NCBI GenBank assembly: GCA_051888935.1
Contig: JBJFCL010000023.1
Coordinates: 1 to 54,345, forward strand
Source of the DNA: Candidatus Caccovivens sp.
GTDB taxonomy: Bacteria > Bacillota > Clostridia > Christensenellales > UBA1242
Direction of reading: 5' to 3'
Length of the DNA: 54,345 bases
The translations under genes and the position numbers were made by a program. This document shows positions 15,001 to 24,000 of this stretch, in pieces; the stretch's first letter is position 1; each line of letters opens with the position of its first letter. Below the pieces are notes generated by a model that worked only from the letters and a program-made list of their open reading frames with translations, did no database searches and was not told where the DNA came from.

Positions 15001-18000
15001 TTACGGCGACGAGCATAGTGTGACAGTTACACAAAACTACAACACCACACTTGACCTTGAAACCCCAATCCGCACAGGATACACCTTCACTGGTTGGACA
15101 CTCAAAAAGACAATAATGCCAGAAGATGAAACAGATACTCACTTCGGAACACTTTCAAAGAGTGCAGAAGGCGTATGGACATACAAGTTTGGCGCAGGAG
15201 ATGACACAATCACTGCAAACTGGAAAGCAAACCGCTATGAAGTTGTTGTCAACTTGAATGACGCGACTTTTGCAAATGGTTCAACTTATGCTGACGCAAC
15301 AGTGGTTGAGACAAACGAAGGGAACAATCTTGTTCAAGCAAATGGCCTTGTGACATTGTTTGCAGAATATGATGCAAACTATTCTATCCTCTACACATCA
15401 CTTGATGGCACAGATTACATTACATTTGCTTCTATTGCAAACATCACACGCACAGGTTACAATTTTGTCAAACTTGCATCAAACAGAAATGGAACAGATG
15501 AAATCTTGGTAAATACAATTTGCAATATCACAACAGGAAGAACTGTTTATGCAATTTGGACTGGAAAGACATACAATTTGACCATTGCAAAGAACTTGAA
15601 TAAAGTTTCTGTTGTAGTTGAAAATGTTGACACCACAGAAATTGCAGACAAGTACAAGGTTGTGTTTGACAGCACAATCACACTTACTGTCACTGCTTCA
15701 ACTGGATATCACTTTGTAAATTGGACAATTGGTGAAAACGAACTTGCAACAAGTGAAACAACACAGTATTTATTTGCAACTGATGGAGATTTGACAATCA
15801 CTGCAAATGTTGCACCAAATGCTTACACAATCGTTTACGATGCAAATGGTGGCGATGGATTTATCTCTTCACAAGATGCTGAATACGATAGTGATGTTGT
15901 TTTGAGCGATGGCAAAGGTTTCACAAAGACTGGCTACACACTCACAGGTTGGAGTTATGGTGAAAAGACATATGAACTTTCAAAAACAGTTCAAAACTTG
16001 ACAACTGAAAACAATGGAGAAATTACTCTTCTTGCAATTTGGACAGCAAACACATACAAAGTAAAACTTGAAACAAATGACGCAAAAGAAACACTTTCAG
16101 ACTTGACGGCGACCTATGACGAAGCAGTTGAAATTGTTGGAACACTCACAAAAGCGGGATATGACTTTGAAGGCTGGTCAGTTTCAAATGGCAGAGAAAG
16201 TGATGCCACTTTGGTTGAAGACATAACAGGTTATGCTACGCTGACTGAATATCTTGTTGAAACTTCTGCACTTTCCGGTATTTATAAGTTTGAAGATAAG
16301 TATTATGTATTCAACCTCAAAGAAGACCAAGACGCCGAAATCACAATCTATGCAATTTGGAAAGAAGGTTTTGCATATTATACGCTTGAATATCGTCTTG
16401 AAACTCTCGACGGACAATTTGAACTTGACAACAATGAGATATTTGCAGAAGAAGGTTTGACATTTACTGCAAATTCAAAACCAGTGAACAGCATCACTGG
16501 AACAAGTGTTTCAATTGAAGAAAAATCTTATACAGGATTTACATTGGATTTGAGCCATGCTGGAACGCTCACAAGTGGTATTGTTGATGGAAACAACACA
16601 TTGGTTCTCACACTTTACTACACAAGAAACACATACAGCATCAACTTTGTTAAATCAATTGAAAAAGGTGTGACAAATGTCAGTGCCTCATCTGCATACA
16701 TGGTTGGCGAGAAGTTCAAATTCAACAGCAATGTGACAGTTGAAGCGCAAATTGCGAAAGGTTATACTTTCAACAATCTCACAATGGGTGAAACTGTGAT
16801 TGACACAACATCATTCTCATTCAAGATTGATTCTGACAAGACAATCACAGTCAATGTCACAGCAAATTCTTATGACTATTATGTAAGATTTAGTTTTGAA
16901 GAACTTAATGGAACTTACACTGAGGACTCTTCAAAAGATTTGACCTTCAATGCACTTGTTGACACTCCTATCACATATGATATGGTTCAAACAAGAGTTG
17001 AAGAAGCAATTGCAAACTTTGCAGGTTACAAGTTCTTCTCATTTGAAGAAGGCAAGAGTGTTGCCCCAGTTGTTGAAGAAACAGATGAAGCAACAGTCGT
17101 TGTTGTTAAACTTGCAAGAGATAGTTTTGATTTGACATTGCAACTTACAACTGGTGTTGAAAGATTGGAAGCAGTTGAGAGCCAGTATGTGAGAGAAATC
17201 ACAGAAGGCGTTGCAGAAAACACCAAACGATATAGCGTTGTTTATGGCGCAGAAGTTGTGCTTGAATATGCAATCAAAGTTGGATATGACTTTGAAAGTT
17301 TCTCATCAACCCTCGTAACAGGCGATGAAACAAATGGATTCAAGATTGGTGCATTCCCAAGCGAAGACCTTACAATTTACATCACGGCAACACCAAAGAA
17401 AGTAAACTTTACAATCAAATATTATTTGGAGAAGTTTGCAAGTTCAGGAGAACTTGACCTTGTTAATGACTTCGAATACAAAGCAAGTTATGACCAAGTC
17501 GAACAAGGTTACACCGACAGTGAAATTGAAGATGTTGAAGGATTGAGCCTGAAAACAATCACTGGATTTGAGTACTCAACATTTGAAAGTGGTGTAAAGA
17601 TTTCTGGTGACGGAACCACAACATTGAATGTTTACTATTTGAGAAAATCAACAGAAATATCAGTTGAACTTCAAGAAGGAATTGCAAGTGTGACACTTAC
17701 AGCAAGTGAAGAAGAAGGTGCTTACACAGTCAACGAAACATTGACAGAAAATGGCAAAGTTTTGGTTAAATTTGACGCAACAGTGACATTCACTTACACA
17801 CTCAAAAACAATGATGGATATAAATTTGTTGGATTTACTGGTGGCGTGGTTGAAACAGACGGAATTTATACTCTCAAAGTTGGAGAAGAGGCGGTTACAA
17901 TTGTTGCTCAAACGGAAAATAACACATTCACAATCACTTACTATGGCAACACTTCAACGAGTGGAGAAATGGAAACTCAACAAGCAACATACAATCGAGC

Positions 18001-21000
18001 AGTGACACTTAATAACAATGCTTTTGAAAAGATTGGTTATGTATTTGCTGGTTGGAACACACTTGCAAATGGCGAAGGTGAAGATTATGAACAAGGTGCA
18101 ACATTCACATATTTGCTTACAAACGACCTTGATCTTTACGCACAATGGACACCGATAACATACAATATCGCTTACGATGCAAACGGTGGACAAGGCGAGG
18201 AAATGGAAGGACACTTTGGCGTCAAGTATGACGAAAGAGTCACACTCCGCACGATGATCTTCACAAAGACTGGTTACACCTTTGGTGGTTGGTCTTATGT
18301 TGACGACAACGATTTGACAGTTGTTATTCCAACAACTGACCTCACAGCAATCAATCTCACAGCGACACCAAACAAGACGGTTACTTTGAGAGCTATTTGG
18401 AATGTAAACAGTTATATATTGAAATACAATTCAAATTACTCTTCAATAACTGAACTTGCCGATGTTGAAATTACTGATGGAACTTACACTTACATTGAAG
18501 AAGTGACAATCAAAGCAAACACAGATGCTACTCTTGGATTTACAGTTGTTGGCTACACATTTGCAGGTTGGAAAGACACTGAAACTGGCACAATATATAG
18601 TGCTGGCACAAAAGTAAGTATGCTTAGAAGTGAAAACGACGACATTGTTGTTCTCAGTGCAATTTGGACACCAATAACATACACGATTGCGTTTAACAAC
18701 AACACTGGTGTTGGCGAAATGACACCAATGACAAACATTGAATACGACACCTCTGTGACTCTGACAAAGAACACTTTCACAAAGACAGGATATGACTTTG
18801 CAGGTTGGTCAACAACACAAACAGGTGGAGTTGAATATGAAGATGAAAAGGTTGTGAAGAACCTTGCAAATGAAGAAGGCGCAGTTGTCACACTTTATGC
18901 AGTTTGGACAGCACACACCTACACCATCACATACAAGGCAAATGGTGGAACATTTGACAACACTCTTGATTTGACAGATGGCAATTACGTTGTTTCTTAC
19001 ACAATTGAAGATGACATCACTTTGCTTTCTGACAAACTCACAATGAGAGGATATACTCTTGCAGGATACTCGTTTGAAGGTGAAAATATTGAAGGCAACT
19101 GGAAGAGCGTATTTAGTGGGGACATCAATTTCAACACTCTTGATTCACTCACTTTGGACGCAGGGTTCTATGGAAACATCACACTTGTTGCTAAGTGGGA
19201 AATCAATAGTTACACACTTCGAATTGATTATGTATATGCAAATGGTGACCAAGCTGCGGACACAGTTATTCAACAAATTGTTTACAACACAGCTTACAGT
19301 GTGACATCACCTATTATTGTTGGATACACAGCATCTCATTCAGAAATTAGTGGTGTGATGGATATCACTGGTGCAAACTATTTGGTAACTTACACGGCAA
19401 ACACTTACACTTTGACTTTCAACTTGAATGACAGCATCTCATCTCCTGCAAACGCTTTGACAAACAATGAAATCAAAGTGACATATGACGACACTTACGC
19501 AAACGCATATGTTGGAGAAGTGACAAATGTTGTTGGGCTTGAAACTCCAAACAGAGCTGGTTACACATTTGAAGGCTGGTTTACAACATCTGCACTTGAC
19601 AGCAAAGTGACAAATGCAGACACAGTAAAACTTACCGAAGACACAATGCTTTATGCAAAGTGGAAAGCAAATGACGATACAAAATATTATGTTGACTTCA
19701 AGTTTGAAACATTGGACGGAAGTGACTATGTTGTGACTGAGTTACAAGAAACATTGATTGGACAGGGCACAACTGACACAGAAGTAACCGAAACCATGAT
19801 TAGAGGTCTTTTGACGAATGGCATGTTCCCAACATTTAATGGATATTCACTTGGCGAAATTATTCTTACAAACATTGGTGCAAAAGGCGACTCACGAGTA
19901 ACTGTAAGATACACAAGAGATTACTTTGAACTTCACATAATCATCAAAACAGGCGTTGATGCTGTGAGTGTTTCAACTGATGAAACACCAACAGAATCAC
20001 AAGAAACTTCATTCTACATCGAAGACCTTACAAATGACAATTATCGTGTAAGATATGGTGCTCATGTTGTTCTTACAAAGACTATTTTGGATAACGGCTA
20101 TCAATTTGATGGCTACACTTCAAATGAAGTCACAGTCACAGACAACAAGTTTGAAATGATTGCAAGCGAAGTGACCGTAACTGCAAATGCATCTGCAAGA
20201 TCATACAAGATTGTCTTTGTTGGAAATGGTGGAAAGACATCGGAAGAAGAATTGACTTACGAGCAAACCGAAGGCACGATATACAAAAAGACAGTCACTC
20301 TTATGGCTAACAAGTTTGAAAAAGAAGGTTATTACTTCTATGGTTGGTCAATTGTTCAAACTGATATTGCAACAAAAGATTTTGGAGATGAAGCGGAGTA
20401 TACTCTTAACACATATCAAGAAGTTGTCACATTGTACGCAACATACAGACCACAAGGATTCGACCTGATGCTTTCTGGTGGAGATGCTGGAATTGACGCA
20501 AGCAAGGCTTACATCACTGCCGATGGCGAAGAAGTTACACTTGAAGAAAAGATGACAATCAACTATGACCAAACTGTTAGAGTTTACGCAAAATATGGCG
20601 ATAATACTGTTGCAAAAGGTGGTTATGACTTTGACTGGTTGACAGTAAATGGTGTTGAAGTCGAATGTGTTGTTGATGATGTGACTGGCGATATTTACTA
20701 TGAATTTGTATTCAAAGGAAACACGACAGTCAAGTTCTATTCAAAAGCAAGAACAGACACAAACTTCAAAGTTGAATACTATATTCAAAATGTTGACCGA
20801 ACAGATTATTTATTAAAAGAAGAATTGATATGCAACGAAGGAACAACAGGAAAACTTGTTGACCTTGATTACTTGACAAATCTCGGACTTATCAAAGATT
20901 ATGAAGGTTTTGCATATTCAACATTCAGTCAAGTTGCGATTGAATATGGCAATGACACTGAAAACGGATATTTGACAACTGTGACAATAAGTTACATGAG

Positions 21001-24000
21001 ACTTCACTTCGGTTTGGTTCTGAACAAGACGGAAGGGATTTTGACATTGCAACCAAATGAAACAGTTCCAAATACAATCACTTCTCTTGAAGGACAATAT
21101 CGTGTAAACTTTGAAACTCCATTCAACCTTATCCTTATAGTGAAAGATGGATACAGATTTACAGGTTTTACGGTTGTTGTAAAGAAATCAGAGGGCTCTG
21201 TTGCACTTGTTGATAGTGAAACAGAATGGACATTGACAGAAGGTGAAGATGGATATTATCATGACGGAACAAAGATATTCGGATTTGTTTATGACGAAGA
21301 AAATGGATACTATGTAATTGACAAGATGCCGGCATATGATGTTACAATCACTGCAAATTCGACTCCTGAGATTTATACGATTGCATATAACAGAAACATA
21401 AATGACGAAGACAGCACACAAATGGAAGAAAATGTTGTTTACAACAATGCTTATTCAATTAAACACATCAACAATCTTACATGGAGCAAAGCGGGTTATG
21501 ATTTCTTGGGTTGGGCAACAAGCAAGCAAAATGCTGACAACCAAATTGTAAACTACACATTCTCTGACACCAACGACCTTACATTTGACGCATACACAAC
21601 AGTTGGCAACATTGAACTTTGGGCAGTATGGACTCCAAGCGACAATACTTACACAATTGAATATTACTTTGAAGAATTGGACGGAACATTTACAAAGAAT
21701 GCAGAATTGACCGCAAACAAGAATGGCAAGACTGACCAATTTGTGACATATGAATTGCTTGATGCAAGCAAGACAGTTGGATACACATTCGACAGTGAAA
21801 ACGCATTGAATATTCTTGAAGGAACAATCAGTGCTGATGGCGGATTGACTCTCAAAGTATATTACACACGCAATTACTATCTTGTTTCAATTGCTTACGA
21901 TATTGGATTTGAAAATCTTTATGCAAGCACAAGTTCAAATGAACATATTAAAGATGCAAACAACGACGGAATGAATTTCACAGCAAGAGTAAAATTTGGT
22001 GCAGAAGTTACTATCTCATACACAATTAAATCTGGATATAAAGATGCTTTGATTAAAGAAACTTCAACCACAAGCACTTCAATTACAAATGGCGTGTTCA
22101 CAATGCCTGTTGCAGATATTGCAATAAGTGCAACAACAAGTCCAGAAACATACACCTTGACATTTGATGGAAATGGCGGAAGCTATGTTGATGGTGAAGA
22201 AGTTGTCACAACTCCTTACACACAAGACTTTGTATATTTGGCACCTGCAACAAAACTTATGAAAAACAAGTTCACCCTTGCAGGTTACACCTTCCAAGGC
22301 TGGTTGATTGATGGTGCAATGTATGAAGATGAAGAACTTTACACATACACTGCAACAACAAACCTCACCGCCGTTGCTCAATGGAAAGCAAATCCAAACA
22401 CAAAATATACTGTTGCATTTGAATTGCAAAACATTGATGGAACATATACCGAAGTTGGCAGAGTGACACTAACTGGTGAAACTGGCGCAACCATCACTGA
22501 CGAGATGGCACAAGCAGGATTTAGTGAAATTGATTTTGTTGAACTTGGACTGGATAGAGCTGGATTTACATTTGGCAAAGTTGATGAAAACAAGACAATT
22601 GCAGGTGATGAAAGCACGGTTGTCACAGCAAAATATGATTTGGTTAAATTTGCTCTCTCAATCAATCTTGACAAAGATGATACAGAGATTCCAGAAATAA
22701 TTGATGGCTTTGATAGTCTTGAAATTAGTTACTCGTCCACAACAGGAAATTTGCAAGATGAAATCACGGAAAATAAAACATTACAAATTGAATATTTGTC
22801 AGCGATCAAAGTGAAAGTTACAACAATTTATGGCTACAAGTTTACAAGGCTCACTGCAACTGGCACAAAATTTACAGCAGTGTTTACAGCAGATGATGTT
22901 GACGAAAATGGCTATATCTCATTTGCTATGCCAGCAGAAGCGTTGACAATAAAGGTTGAAATTGAGACCGAAACTTACACCATAACATATCACAAGAACC
23001 TTAAAGGTGACACGGAAACAACAATTCAATATGTAAGATATCTTGACGAAAATGTTGTCCTTAATGGTTCCTATTATGAGACAGGTTACACATTGAAGAA
23101 ATGGAACACAAAAGCCAATGGAGAAGGCACAGACTATGAACTCAATGCAGTAATTTCAAGTTACACTCTTGACAACCTTGATTTGTATGCAATTTGGGAG
23201 CCAAACACATACAAAGTTGTGTACAATAACAACTATGGAAGTGGAAGCATTAACGATTTTGTTGCAACATATGACGAAATCACAGAAATTTCAGATGGAA
23301 GAGAATTTAACAAAATAGGTTATGCTTTTGCAGGTTGGTCCACAAATGGAATAATCAACATGGTTAGCGAAGTGGACAGCAAAGACGCAATTACATCAAT
23401 CGGAATTTACTTTAATAGAGGAGACTCCAAGTATTATATCTTCAATTTGTCAACTGGCGAAGTTGAAAATGCAACAGTTACACTTTATGCAATTTGGACG
23501 CCGATTAAATACACAGTAACATTTGTGTATGACAATGTGGAAGGCAGCAAAACAGCGTCTGCTGGCGAGTTTGAATACGATAAAGTGGGAACTTTACCTG
23601 CATACAGCACTCTTGGTTGGAGCAAAGCAGGATATGAATTTGCTGGTTGGAGTTACACAGACACAAACGGCGAAGAGAAAAAGATTGTTTGTGGCATAGA
23701 TGATACCCCAGAAATCAAAAATCTTGCAAACACACCAACTGATGTCAAGTTGTATGTAATTTGGGGCAAAGGAACATCAACATTCAAGATTGTCATTTTG
23801 CTTGAAACTTTGAATGGTGCTTACGGACAAACAGAGGGCAACTATGTTGAGATTTTGAACAATTCTGCTGAAACTGAATCAACAATAACCAGCGAAATGG
23901 CATATTATAACTATATTTCAAATACGACGTATTGGAATATTACTGGTTTTGAATATAATCCTGAACGCCAAGACACGATAACCGTTTCTGGAAACGGCAC

